Notes under the pieces: model-generated
Databases searched by the model: none
The model's input: the letters and a program-made list of their open reading frames with translations, nothing else
What the model was told of the DNA's origin: nothing
Shown: in pieces, positions 9,193 to 20,511 of the stretch
Position numbering within the stretch: the first letter of the stretch is position 1
Layout of the letters: the number at the start of each line of letters is the position of its first letter
Origin: Longimicrobiales bacterium
Lineage (GTDB): Bacteria; Gemmatimonadota; Gemmatimonadetes; Longimicrobiales; Gaopeijiaceae
Assembly: GCA_965226375.1 (NCBI GenBank)
Contig: CBDDCX010000008.1
Coordinates: forward strand, 2,144,001 to 2,208,000
Direction of reading: 5' to 3'
Length of the DNA: 64,000 nt
Position numbers and translations under genes: made by a program

Positions 9193-10661
9193 ATGAGTTA
9201 CCGGATCGCCGGCTGCTCGGTCCTGCTCGCCGTAATGACGGCAGGCCCAACCATGATCCCCCCCTCGCGGCACAGGACAGCGACGCCCTTCGGGACTCCA
9301 CGACGGTAGCCGCCATAGCCGCCGGGCACGCCGCCGAGATCATGTGCTCGCAGGTTTTCCTGTCCGGGCGTGATCCGCTGGACGTCCTCCACGAGGAGCT
9401 CGACGGCATCGCTCTCGTGCCGGCGTCGCTCTTTCCTCGTGGAACTCTCGTCGAACGCCAGTCCCAGTCGGCGGTCTCCGTCTCCGCGTACGGTGAAGAG
9501 CGCCGCTCGGTCATGCGTGACGGACTCGGCTGCGTACCGATGCCCCGTCACACCACGCTGGCCGACACGGTGTCGCTGCCGTCCGTCCGCCTCATTGCTC
9601 CCGAGGGCGACGCCGCGCAGATCGCGTGGCCCGACGGGGACTTGCTCCCACCCGGACCGCTACCTGCGGAGGTGGATCAAGACAAGCTCGAGGAGGCCGT
9701 GGATCTCGCCTTTACGGGGGAGAAGTACCAGCCGAGCGTGACGACCGGGGTGGTGGTCGTGTACCGGGGCCAGATCATCGCCGAGCGATACCGGCCGGGC
9801 TGGGACCTGCACACCGCGTATCGGGCCTGGTCGGCGAGCAAGAGCGTCACCAGCGCTCTCGTGGGGATCATGGTCGGGGAGGGCAAGCTCGCCGTCGATG
9901 AACCCGCACCGATTCCCGAGTGGCGGGAGCCGGGCGATCCCCGGGGTGAGATTACCCTCGAGCACCTGCTCCACATGTCCAGTGGACTCGAGAACGACGG
10001 AGGAGGAGAAGAGTTCCTGTCCCCCACCAACCTGACCTATTGGGGTGGCATCGACACCCGCGAGTATATCGCAAGTCTGAGCCTGGAGGTCGAGCCCTAC
10101 AGCAGATGGCAGTACTCGAACTTCGACGCCATGCTGCTGCTCAGCTCCGTGAAGGCGGTCCTCGAAGACGATCAGGCGTATCTCCGCTTTCCCTACGAAT
10201 CCCTCTACCACAAGATCGGCATGCGCCACACCGTCATGGAGCCGGATGCCTACGGCAACTACATCGGGAGTAGCCAGATCTACACGACGGCAAGGGATCT
10301 GGCGCGGCTCGGGCTGCTATTCCAGCAGGACGGTATGTGGGGCGGTGAGCGGATCCTTCCGGAAGGATGGGCGGAGTACTCGGCCCATCCAGCTACGACT
10401 CTGGAAGTCACGACGGGAAGGGGCGCCCGGGGCTATGGTGCGGCATGGTGGCTATGGGGAGCCGACCCCCGCGTGCCCGACGACACGTACTCCGCCAACG
10501 GCGCCCGGGGCCAATTCGCCACGATCGTTCCGTCGAGGGACCTGGTGGTCGTCCGCCGGGGACTCGACCAAGCGCGATTCCGGGGGAGGGGAAACTGGGA
10601 TCAGGTAGAGTTCGTTGCCGACGTCCTCGCGGCGATATCACCCGAATCGGAGTCCAACTGA
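9193..10661 (+). CDS. Serine hydrolase (beta-lactamase class C-like), frameshift in C7 run at 9258-9264
   Basis: SASK (SxxK), HLLHMSSG and YSN motifs; signal-peptide N-terminus lies in another frame and joins with one extra C. Confidence 0.82.
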
Positions 10662-10830
10662 CGGGCTAGGGCTTCCGAGCCGGCCGCGTAGTCGACCGAT
10701 CCCGCGCCAGCGTCACGCTGGCTTCGCGTGGGCCCTTCGCGTCGACATACTTGCCTGATCACGGCTGTTGCTTACATTGCAAGCAACAGCCGTGTTGTGG
10801 ATTCGTGTGATGGGAGACCCAGGAGGCTTG

Positions 10831-11422
10831 ATGAACCGGATTGCCGTATTCCTCGCCGTAGGGCTGGCCCTGTTCGGACCGGCTCTACTCGGCGCCCAGA
10901 GCGCGGTCGACCTCTCAGACCCGGTGGCCACCGCCGTACTGCCGCTGCCGGAAAACCTCAGGGAGGGCGCCACCGTCATCGATCAGGCCACTGAAACGAT
11001 CCTACGACAGGGGAACAACGGGTTCACGTGCCTTGCTGACCTGCCCGGCAACGATCGGCTGAGCCTACAGTGTCACCCCTCCATAATCGAACCATATATG
11101 CGCCGAGGGCGTGAACTCTCCTCCAAGGGTATCCGGGGGAGCGAGCAGCGAAGTGTTCTGGCCGCTGAGATACGCACCGGACGCCTCTACCTTCCGTCGG
11201 GGGCCATGCTTCGTAACCTTCTCGGGCGACATCAACGTCGAGGCCGGTGTTCCCGACTCGGTTCGCGTTTGGTCCGAATTCCTGTTCCCCTTCGCCAGCA
11301 CCGCCGAATGGGGGATCCCGGACACCGACCAGGGCCTCGATCCCTGGATGATGCGTCCAGGAGACGTGGGGACTCACGTGATGGTTCGGTATCGATTCGT
11401 GCAGTGGAGCGAGATTCACTGA
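10831..11422 (+). CDS. Hypothetical secreted protein, frameshift near 11220
   Basis: GGAGG RBS; signal peptide; LRQGNNGFTC motif; continues in frame of 11111-11422 (PWMMRPG...HVM). Confidence 0.6.
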
Positions 11423-11459
11423 TCGCCACCGGCCGGCGCCACCACCCACGGTTCCCCGG

Positions 11460-13907
11460 TCAGTCCCGACGTAAAGCCAGCGCCGGATCCACCCCTGCGG
11501 CCCTCTGAGCCGGCAGCCAACAGGCGATCGCCGCAACGAGGGACAGCACCAGCGCCACGGCCGCATACGTAATCGGGTCCGTAGCACTCACGCCGAAGAG
11601 GAGCGTGGCCATGACGGAACTCAAGAGCCACGCCCCGAGAAGCCCGACGCCGACTCCCATTCCCGCCAGCTCCATCCCCTGGCGCACGACCATACTGCGG
11701 ACCTTAGGAGCCGAGGCACCCAACGCCATTCGCACCCCGATCTCGCGGGTCCGCTGGGAGACAACGTATGAGATCACTCCGTAGATGCCGACCATTCCCA
11801 AGAGCAACGCGACGCCGGATGCGACTCCCAGCATGGCGACCGTGAACGACGTTCGTGCCGTCGCCCGCTTCGAGATGTCCGCCATTGTACGGGGGGTCGA
11901 GATGGGGATCCGCGGATTCAGAGTGCGAACCTCTCGGCGAATCACCGACAGGATCGAGGCGGGCTCACCCGAAACACTGACGACGAGCGTCAATTGGCGA
12001 AGGGCCTGTAATCGGTCTGCCGTTCCGATGACGGTCGGGAAGTAGATCATCTCCTCTGCCGGTGTCTCGAGGCCCTCGTAATGGACATCGCCGACCACGC
12101 CCACAATCTCGTACCAGTCCGGAGCGCCCCCGAGTCGCCGACCGAGGGGGCTCGTGTCGGGCCACCACTTACGGGCGAACGACTCGCTTACGATCGCGGC
12201 ACGGGTCTGGTCACCCCGGTCCCTGGGCCGAAATGACCGTCCCTCGATCACGGGGATGTCGAGCGCCTCGAAGAAACCCGAACTGGCAAAGCCGTTGCTC
12301 GAGAAGATCGGCGGGTCGCTCGGGCCGCGGGGGTGATCCTCCAAGTCCTGAGTGCTGAAATGCATGTTGCCGGACAACGGCACTCCGGCCACCAGGCCCA
12401 CGTGCTCTATCCCAGGCTGAGCCTCCAACCGCTCCCTTATCTGCCGGAAAAAGTCTGCCGTCTCAGCGGCGCCCTCGATCTCGGCGGTCGGCACGGCGAG
12501 GTTCACGGTCATCACCCCCTCCCCGTCGAAGCCAGGATCCACCGAGCGAAGGGCCATGAAGCTCCGCAGCATGAGACCTGAACCGACCAGAAGCATCAGG
12601 GCCAATCCAACCTGCGCCACGACCAGGCCGTTTCGCAGCAGGTGCCGCTGTCGGCCGGTCGTGGTGCCCTGCCCTCCCCCGTCTCGCAGTTGGCCCGCCA
12701 GATCCGGCGCACTGTAGCGCACAATCGGGAAGAGTCCGAACAAGAGCGCGGCGAGAAATGAGATGAGCACCGTGAAGCCCAGGACTCGCACATCCACACC
12801 CACCTCCGCCACCCTCGGAATGTCGGATGGCGTGAATGCCGTGGACACCCTGACGGCGACCGCAGCCAATGCCACACCCAGGGTCCCGCCCGCCGCCGTC
12901 AGAACGAGACTTTCGCTCATGAAGGACCGCATCACCTGGAGCCGTCCGGCGCCCATAGCCACCCTGAGCGCAACCTCTCGCTGCCTGACCTCAGCACGCA
13001 CCAGCAGGAGATTGGCGACGTTGGCGCATGCAATGACCAGCACCAGCCCCACCGTCCCCAGGAGTATCCACAGAGTGCGGCTCACGTCACCGACGATCTG
13101 GTCCTTGAGGGGTCGAATAACCGCCCTGAGCTGCACCTCTTCCAGGAAAGCGGGAGCGCCGTCCTCCGGAAATAGTTCGGCGAGACGGCCGATGAGCCCC
13201 TGTAGCTCGGTGTCGGCCCGCTGCAGGGTGGCAGCATCCGCAAGCCGCGCGATTCCCGTCGCGCCGAACGCCGCGAGCGGTGCCCGGGCTGGATCGACCA
13301 CCATCGGGATAAAGAGCCGCACGTCGGCGTTGGGATAGGCGAAGTCGGCCGGCATGATTCCGACGACCCGGCGACTGGTCCCACTCATATCCACCGTGCG
13401 GCCCACGATGGCAGGATCACCCGCGAAGTGGCTCTCCCAAAACGCATGGCTCAGAACCGCCACCGGCTCGGCATCCGGCACACCGTCCTCCGCAATCATG
13501 GCCCGTCCGACCGCGGCATTCACACCCAGGACGCTGAAGAAGGACGGCGTCGCCGAGAGACCGGCGATCCTCTCAGGATCCCCATCTCCCATGAGGTTGA
13601 CCACGGTGGGCCGATACATGGCCACGGATTCGAACGCGCCGGCCTGATCCGCATACAGAAGGTAGAGCCCAGACGACATTGGAAGCCGGTCATCCCCTCC
13701 GCGCCCTTCGTGCCGTACCGACACGAGTTCGTGGGGGTCCGGATACGGGAGCGGCTTGAGGATCACTCCGTCCACGAGCGTGAACACGGCGGTGGTAGCT
13801 CCGATTCCAAGCATCAGAGTCAGCACGGCCACCACGGTGAATCCAGGTGAGCGCCGCAACGCGCGCACAGCGAACTGAAGGTCGCTGAACAGACCGGTCA
13901 TCTTCAT
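11460..13907 (-). CDS. ADOP-type duplicated MacB/FtsX ABC permease
   Basis: LRRSPGFT start; IACANVANLLL and RTREIGVRMALGA motifs; ends DPALALRRD. Confidence 0.92.
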   Translation of the reverse strand: MKMTGLFSDLQFAVRALRRSPGFTVVAVLTLMLGIGATTAVFTLVDGVILKPLPYPDPHELVSVRHEGRGGDDRLPMSSGLYLLYADQAGAFESVAMYRPTVVNLMGDGDPERIAGLSATPSFFSVLGVNAAVGRAMIAEDGVPDAEPVAVLSHAFWESHFAGDPAIVGRTVDMSGTSRRVVGIMPADFAYPNADVRLFIPMVVDPARAPLAAFGATGIARLADAATLQRADTELQGLIGRLAELFPEDGAPAFLEEVQLRAVIRPLKDQIVGDVSRTLWILLGTVGLVLVIACANVANLLLVRAEVRQREVALRVAMGAGRLQVMRSFMSESLVLTAAGGTLGVALAAVAVRVSTAFTPSDIPRVAEVGVDVRVLGFTVLISFLAALLFGLFPIVRYSAPDLAGQLRDGGGQGTTTGRQRHLLRNGLVVAQVGLALMLLVGSGLMLRSFMALRSVDPGFDGEGVMTVNLAVPTAEIEGAAETADFFRQIRERLEAQPGIEHVGLVAGVPLSGNMHFSTQDLEDHPRGPSDPPIFSSNGFASSGFFEALDIPVIEGRSFRPRDRGDQTRAAIVSESFARKWWPDTSPLGRRLGGAPDWYEIVGVVGDVHYEGLETPAEEMIYFPTVIGTADRLQALRQLTLVVSVSGEPASILSVIRREVRTLNPRIPISTPRTMADISKRATARTSFTVAMLGVASGVALLLGMVGIYGVISYVVSQRTREIGVRMALGASAPKVRSMVVRQGMELAGMGVGVGLLGAWLLSSVMATLLFGVSATDPITYAAVALVLSLVAAIACWLPAQRAAGVDPALALRRD

Positions 13908-14050
13908 CGTCCCTCTTTTGGGGCATCAATCAAGCGTTGTTGGGGGGCGTAGCGGAGCGGTTCGGATGGGTCCTCCCACGCACGCCTGATTTTGACGCCG
14001 GAGGTACGAAAAGGGTTGCCGAGAGTGCGGATCAAGCGAAGGGCGAAGAC

Positions 14051-16012
14051 TCAGGGACCGCTTCGGAGAGCCTCTTCCAGAGCTTGGCGAGTTCGTGCGA
14101 TCTCCGGATGGGGCTCAGGGAGCAACACCTCTCGCTCTCCCAGCACCCACCGTAGGGCCTCCGCGGCCTCTGGCCTACGTCCGGCCCGGATCAGGTATAC
14201 TCCGTAGTCATGCTTGAGGCGTAGCGTGTAGCGGTGGTTGGGTCTCAGAAGCTCGTCGGCAAGCGCCATGGCCTGCGTGAAGTTGTCGTCGGCCGAAGCG
14301 AAGTCGCCTTCTTGCCACGCAATGTTGGCGATTCCTTGTAATGTGTGGATCCGATACACGCTCTTTCCCCCGGACAGGCGCTCGTTCATCTCCTGAGCAC
14401 GGCCGAAATACGTACGGGCGTCGTCGAACCGCCCCCCACCCACGAGTGAGGCGCCGATGGAGTTCAACGTGACCACAATTCCCGGATGGTCGTCACGCCC
14501 GTGTCGTCGGACCTTGTCTTCGAGGGAAAGAGTGTGGAGATCGACGGCCTCGTCATACTCCCCCACAGATTGCAGCACACCGGCTAGGCCCTCCTGCAAC
14601 CCGGCCGTGGTTGGGTGCAGTGGTCCCACGGCGGCTTCCGACCGTGCGATGGCGTCACGGAAGATCCCTTCCGCCTGCTCGTAGCGACCGAGTGCCGCCA
14701 ACACGAGGGCCCACCCCCCTTTCGCCGAGGCCACTGCGACGTGATCGGAGCCGTAGAGCACCTCGCTCATCTCCATAGCGGTTCTGAGCAGCGGCTCCGC
14801 TTCGAGGTACTGCTCACGAAGCCGCCGGATGAGTCCGACGTTCACAAGGGCCGACACCGCCAGTGGGTGGGGTCGCCCGGTCAGGTCGAAGTCCGCCAAG
14901 ACCGTGGTGAACAGGGAGTCGGCTTCGTCGAAGCGTCCTTCATCGTGAAAAGTGGATGCGAGCCCGAGCAGGACCGTCGCCACCTGGGGACGGGCGTCGC
15001 CGAGGGCACGCTCGGTTTCCAGGGCAGTGGAGAACAGTGCGGCCGCCTCGTCATACCGTCGATTCGCACGGAGCTGCCACGCGAGGGCAGCCTGAGTATG
15101 GGCCAGGAGCGAGTCGGGAAAGGCCACGAGGGGCTCCCGCACGTCGATCGCCCGCTCGAGTGCCTCGATAGCCGCGTCGGGTTCACCGAGCAGCACCATG
15201 AGCTCACCGAGCTGGGCCAGGCTCTCCGAAGCCTCGATGCTTGCTCCACCCAGCTGCGTCTCACGCAACTCCAGCGATCGGCGCACCAACGGCTCGGCTT
15301 GCGACAGTAGACCCAGGCTACTGTACACTGCCCCCAACTGGCCAAGGAGACGTGCCTGGACCACCGGCTGGTCCCCGAGCTCAGCCAAGATGCGCTCGGC
15401 ACCACGATCGAGCATCTCACGGGCCGTTATCGTGTCACCCAGAGCCTCGCTGGGGTCGGACAGCCGGAACAGGTCCATCATGAGGGTCGCGACCAATGCC
15501 GCTTTCTCGGCTTCGTCGGTAGCCAGGGCCGCAGCCTCAGTGGCACGGCGCGCCTGCCAGATCGTTCCGAAGACCCCCGCCATGAGCGTCACCAGCACGA
15601 CGCCGCCGGCGGCGACGACTCGTCGGTTTCTCCGCACGAATTTCGCGAGGCGATAGGGTGCGGTGCGCGGACGGGCCAGGAGTGGCCAGCCCTCGATATG
15701 CCTGCGCACGTCTTCCGCCAATTGCTCGGCGGTGTGATAACGATCCTCGGGATCCTTGGCCAACGCCTTCATCACGATGGCATCGAGGTCACCCTGGAGG
15801 CGTTTGCGCATGCGATCCGGCTTGAGACGTCGAAAGCCGCAAAGCTCCTCTGCCGAGATATCGGTAGGCCTCCCTCGCCGGGTGCGCCGGGCGGGCCTCG
15901 TGACAACACCACTCGGCCGCTCCGGCACCGCCTCGCAGACGATGCGCCGCACTTCTGCGGGTGAGCGCGTGTCGAAGCGATAGGGCCGGTGGCCTGTGAG
16001 CATGTCGTACAA
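14051..16012 (-). pseudogene. Ser/Thr kinase-TM-TPR protein, N-terminal part missing at a junction
   Basis: Begins at LYDMLTGHRP (subdomain IX); GDLDAIVMKAL; TM helix; TPR repeats; no Gly-loop or HRD region. Confidence 0.8.
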
Positions 16013-16269
16013 GACGGTGAGCGGGGGAATCCACCCTCGGCGGCTCCCGTCATCCTGCGCCAGATCACGTAGTTGTAGTAGGCGACGTGCAGGGTCAGAT
16101 CCCAAATACTGTGGCGGTCGGGGGCAGGTTTCCACGCAGCCTCTTCCGGCTTCACTCCGCGGAGCGCTCCGAGCACGCTGGCACCCCCGTGCCAGAGCTT
16201 GGTGCCGGGGGGTGGCTCGAAGAGCCCGAGCGTCATCTCGAGCCTACTGTCTTTCGCCGGGGCCATCAC
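16012..16269 (-). pseudogene. DinB-family protein, C-terminally truncated at a junction
   Basis: WHGG...AAWKP...HSIWDLTLHVAYY motif; sequence breaks after FPRSPS. Confidence 0.7.
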
Positions 16270-16271
16270 CG

Positions 16272-16823
16272 CTACTCCCCTCCCCCGTGCTTGGCCACGA
16301 GCCGGCGCACGCTCGTCATGTTACGCGCGGTATGCGGCACACCGCCCGTGGCCTTCGTCACCCCCGAACCGAACAGCGGGGACTCACTGAGTTTGCCCGG
16401 CATGAGCCAATAGACCTCACGCCCCGAGAACTGGAAATGGTCGGTGGCACTGCACAGGTCGATAAATCGCGCTTGTAACCCCTCATCTGCGGGAGTGCGC
16501 AGGAACATCACGTACACCGAGGCATCCCCATCCATCTCGCCCCAGGGCGCAACCGGCTCCGACGCGGCAATCGCCGCCAACTCCGATGGAGATCGAATGA
16601 ACGTAGGCACCTCGTATCCGAGATGCTCTTGGAGATGGCGCTCGATCTCTCGTTCCAAAGCCGGGACGTCGTCCGACTGGGCCCCGAAGATGACATTGCC
16701 GCTGGCGATGAACGTGGCGACCCCCGAGAACCCGAGTTCCTCGAAAAGCTCGCGGAGCCGGTCCATCTTGACTCTGTGGCCTCCGACGTTGATTCCCCGG
16801 AGGAGGGCGACGTAGCGTGTCAA
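16272..16823 (-). CDS. DUF1697 family protein
   Basis: YVALLRGINVGG, TFIASGNV and TARN motifs; TTG start overlaps upstream TGA. Confidence 0.88.
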   Translation of the reverse strand: MTRYVALLRGINVGGHRVKMDRLRELFEELGFSGVATFIASGNVIFGAQSDDVPALEREIERHLQEHLGYEVPTFIRSPSELAAIAASEPVAPWGEMDGDASVYVMFLRTPADEGLQARFIDLCSATDHFQFSGREVYWLMPGKLSESPLFGSGVTKATGGVPHTARNMTSVRRLVAKHGGGE

Positions 16824-17962
16824 TGCACCGCGAACTTCTGTACGCGCCGACCCGTGGACGCCTCGCCAACGTAGAGGTTGCCGCGAGAGTCGACACTCAT
16901 GCCGTGGGGGCGTAGGAACTGGCCTACCTGACGGCCGCCTCGCCCAAACTCCCCCATCACCTCCAGATCTGCACGCCGGAGGATCCAGACCTTGTGGTTG
17001 GTGCCGTCCGCCAGATACAGCCACTCCTGCTCCGCATCGGGGGACAATCCGATGACGAAGGCGGACCCGGATGCCCGGGTGAGCGGTGCGATGATCTTCT
17101 CTTCCACGAACGTACCGCCGTGCTCGAACACCTGGATCCGATTCCCCCTTCGATCAGCGACGTAGATCAACCCGTCGCGGGATCCCACGAGGCCGTGGAC
17201 CGTGGAGAACTGGCGAGGGGGTGGCCCCGCCGGATCGCGATCGCCGAAGTCGTAATCGTCGACCGGCGCTTCGCCGTACGCGCCCCAGTGTCGCAGGTAA
17301 ACCCCCGTCTCGCCGTCAAACACTATCACGCGTCGATTACGGTACCCGTCGGCGATGTAGACCTCGTCCGTCTCGGGGTCCACCCAGATCCCCGCCGGTC
17401 CGCCGAGGAGATCCAGGTCATTGCTCCCCCCGTTTACATCGTATTCACCCAGGGTCATGACCAGCTCGCCACTGCGGGTGAACTTCATGACACGGTGATG
17501 GCGATAGGTGCCGATCCAGACGTAGTCGTTGTGGTCGACGAAGAGCCCGTGGGCGTTCCGTGGGAACTCCGATACGTCCTGAGTGGACGCATCCCCCCAC
17601 CCCTGCACAACGTTTCCGTCTGCGTCGAATTCGATCACTACGGGAGCGGGCACGCAGCAGGTTCCCAGTGGCGGGTCCTGCACGGCGGACGTCTCCTCGG
17701 GCGTCAATGTCTCGGGGAGGTGGGTCACCCACACATGGTCGGAGGCATCGACGAAGACCGCCGTCACGGCTCCCATGATCCACTTGTTGGGCATTTCTCT
17801 GGGCCACGATGGATCGACCTCGAACGTAGGCACGCCCCCATCGCTTGTGGTCATCTGTCCTTCCGCCTGTGCTGATTCCGACCCGCACGCGACGAGTATG
17901 AGTGGAAGCGTCAGGAGCCATACGAGCGTGAGGCATCGGCGGGATTCCACGGTTCTCTTCAT
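16820..17962 (-). CDS. NHL-repeat beta-propeller lipoprotein (PAL-like)
   Basis: Lipobox LVAC; FEVDPSWP; YIADGYRNRRV and YVADRRGNRIQVF repeats. Confidence 0.85.
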   Translation of the reverse strand: MKRTVESRRCLTLVWLLTLPLILVACGSESAQAEGQMTTSDGGVPTFEVDPSWPREMPNKWIMGAVTAVFVDASDHVWVTHLPETLTPEETSAVQDPPLGTCCVPAPVVIEFDADGNVVQGWGDASTQDVSEFPRNAHGLFVDHNDYVWIGTYRHHRVMKFTRSGELVMTLGEYDVNGGSNDLDLLGGPAGIWVDPETDEVYIADGYRNRRVIVFDGETGVYLRHWGAYGEAPVDDYDFGDRDPAGPPPRQFSTVHGLVGSRDGLIYVADRRGNRIQVFEHGGTFVEEKIIAPLTRASGSAFVIGLSPDAEQEWLYLADGTNHKVWILRRADLEVMGEFGRGGRQVGQFLRPHGMSVDSRGNLYVGEASTGRRVQKFAVH

Positions 17963-17963
17963 T

Positions 17964-18755
17964 CTACGCTGGCTCCGCCTTCTCGGCGGTCATCAGAACC
18001 GCCTTCACGCCGTAAGCCTCGCCCGAGTTTTGCGTGGATTCCTTCCGGAAACGGAAGTTGGGAACCACAGCAGATTTCACCCGACTGAACCCGGACTCCT
18101 CCAGAAGCCTGAACATCTCTCCTTCCAGGAGAGCTCCTCCGATTCACGACGCCCAGAGCTTGGGATCATTGACGATATCCTGGGAGAGTTGTTTGCCGCT
18201 GACGATGTCGGTGATCGAGATGCGTCCGCCAGGCTTGAGAACGTGAAACATCTCCTCTATCACCCTGCGCTTTCGGAACGACAGGTTGATGACGCCGTTG
18301 GAGATCACTACGTCCACCGACTCATCAGGTAGCGGAATGTCCTCCATTCTGCCCTCGTGGCACTCCATTTCCGTGCCCGTGGCGGCGGCGTGTGCCTGAG
18401 CCTTGAGGCACATGGACGGGTTGAGATCGACACCGATGACCTTCCCGGTGGGTCCGGTACTCCATGAGGAGATGATGGAGTCGAGCCCCGCTCCGCTCCC
18501 CAGGTCCAGCACGGTCTCGCCCGCCTGGACGTTGCTACGCAGGTGCGGGTTGCCGACACCTGCAAAGGAGGAGACGGCCCCGGAAGGCGCGCGGTCTAAC
18601 CATTCGCTAGGGTAGCCGAAGAGCTCTGCGGCCTGACGGCCGTGGAAGAAATGGAACTCGCCGTCGGGGTTATCGGCCACATCCTCATACATGCGGACGA
18701 TCTCATCCTTGAGAAACTCCTCGAGCGAGGCTTGGGCTTCTGCGGCATCTGACAT
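17964..18755 (-). CDS. ArsM/UbiE-like SAM-dependent methyltransferase, predicted selenoprotein (LWAS-U-IGGAL)
   Basis: VLDLGSGAG SAM motif; ISNGVINL. TGA at 18146-18144 aligns with the ArsM C-terminal Cys motif. Frame stays open 59 more codons to TAG 1 nt before the next ATG. Confidence 0.88.
18117..18133 (-). promoter_or_regulatory. Putative SECIS of the ArsM-like gene
   Basis: CTCTCCT-GGA-AGGAGAG perfect stem starting 10 nt after the TGA. Confidence 0.7.
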
Positions 18756-18851
18756 GTAGTCTCTCCCCTGGCAAACACGCCTCGCCGCCGTATGCGGCTC
18801 ACGCCACCCTACGTCGCCATACTGGACCGAGCAAGATACCGGCGCGCGGGC

Positions 18852-20333
18852 TCAATTGGCTACCGGAAGCCCACTGGGCACGCGCTGGGGGACCAGATGA
18901 CTGAGGCTCCGCACTGAGGGGTCCGTGAGGCTCTCCAGGAAGGCCACGATATCGTCGACGTCCTGATCGGATAGAGAGACCGGAGCCAGTTCGTTGGCCT
19001 GGGCAATACGTCCGCGCAGCACCGTTCGAGTCTGGACCCAATCGTCACGCATCAAGAAGGCCCGGAGCCGATACTCGTTCAGCCACCTCTGGCTCACCCT
19101 CGAGCCTACGGCTGTGAGCTCGAGCACCCCCTCCAGTGGGGGGAGCAGACTCCGGTCGAACTTGTAGGACTCCAGCGCCGTTACGGGATCGGCATGGTGC
19201 CGCACGACGGCCTCGAGTGTCTGGTACGCCCCGTCGTGACCCCAGGGGCCGGTGACACCCACATTGCGCAAAGACGGGGTGCGGAATTTGAAATCGTCCT
19301 TCGGACGCTCGGTGACTCCCCCGCGTCCCAGGTCCTCCGGGAACGCCTTCTCCCCCGTCACCGCCCAGTAGCCGGTGTCGCCTCGGTCCGACTTACCCGG
19401 ACCGATCTGGGGCATGCCGATGGCGTGGAAGCCGTGGTCGGTCTGGAACTTGCCCGAATGGCAACTGCCGCAGCCGGCTCTCCCGTAGAAGAGGTCGGCC
19501 CCGCGCTCAGCGCTCCGGCTGAGAGCGCCTACCTGACCGCGCTGGAAGCGGTCGAAGGGACTCTCGTCGGCTCGAAACGCACTGGTCTCGAAAGCCGCGA
19601 TGGCGTTGGCCGCCAGTACGTAATTGACTTCTGCCGCAACGTTCACCCGCGCGGGGAACGCGCGCCGAAACAGTTCGACATACTCCGGGATGCCCTGCAA
19701 ACGCTCCCCGAGTTGCGCCCAAACACCGTCTGGGCCGGCCATGTTCTTACGCGAAGCCGCGTCAGCGATGGAGTTCTCACCGTCTTGGCCGGCCATCTCG
19801 GTCGCTGACACAACGGGGAACATGGCTTGCGCTGCAAGTACGTTGTCGAGTCCCTTGGGGAGCCTCCACCTGGCAGGCGTGATGAATCCACCCTCGTACT
19901 GCCCCTCCGGGTCCGTCTCGACCCGTCCATCGTGGAACAGCCTGGTGAACTCCTCCGCACCCACGTTGAACAGAGCGGACGAGTTTCTGGGCACCCGACC
20001 GTGGACACCGGTGGCCTTTTCTGATCCCGCACGGCGTTCGGGTCCCAGCCCTTGCGCGCCTTCACCCAGTCCTAGGACAAGCCCGTCTGTGGTTCCGAGG
20101 TCGGGGTGATGGCACGTAGCGCAGGCGATGTTGCGATTGCCACTCAGGATCTTATCGAAGAAGAGCACGCGTCCCAGCTCGACCTTTGCCGGGGAAGGCG
20201 CTCCTCCGTGGTAGTAATCGCCGTCGACTACGGCGGCGCGTAGCAGTGGCGGCGGGGCAGCGCTGTCCACCGTTCCATGATGCGACACCATAACGGCGGG
20301 GGCCACCAACAATACTCCTACCAAGGACTTCAT
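18852..20333 (-). CDS. Di-heme cytochrome c peroxidase (MauG/CCP family)
   Basis: LGRVLFFD, CATCH, CGSCH, FRTPSLRNV and PWGHDG motifs; signal peptide. Confidence 0.9.
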   Translation of the reverse strand: MKSLVGVLLVAPAVMVSHHGTVDSAAPPPLLRAAVVDGDYYHGGAPSPAKVELGRVLFFDKILSGNRNIACATCHHPDLGTTDGLVLGLGEGAQGLGPERRAGSEKATGVHGRVPRNSSALFNVGAEEFTRLFHDGRVETDPEGQYEGGFITPARWRLPKGLDNVLAAQAMFPVVSATEMAGQDGENSIADAASRKNMAGPDGVWAQLGERLQGIPEYVELFRRAFPARVNVAAEVNYVLAANAIAAFETSAFRADESPFDRFQRGQVGALSRSAERGADLFYGRAGCGSCHSGKFQTDHGFHAIGMPQIGPGKSDRGDTGYWAVTGEKAFPEDLGRGGVTERPKDDFKFRTPSLRNVGVTGPWGHDGAYQTLEAVVRHHADPVTALESYKFDRSLLPPLEGVLELTAVGSRVSQRWLNEYRLRAFLMRDDWVQTRTVLRGRIAQANELAPVSLSDQDVDDIVAFLESLTDPSVRSLSHLVPQRVPSGLPVAN

Positions 20334-20511
20334 TTCATCCCTCTCCTGGCCCGATCGGGCCGGCGGGCTGCCCGGCTTACCCTTGGTCACACGCCAGACC
20401 TCACCGGAGCCAGCCACCGGGTCAATGTAGATGGCATGTCACGGGAGATCCATGTCGGGGGGGATCTATATCGGGCGAGTTCAGGTTGCGGAAGTGGTCC
20501 CAGTCCGGGCT

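Noticed and set aside
14051..16269. Real DinB-kinase overlap or fusion
   Set aside because: Both genes are truncated at the same point (~16012), consistent with a join or deletion.
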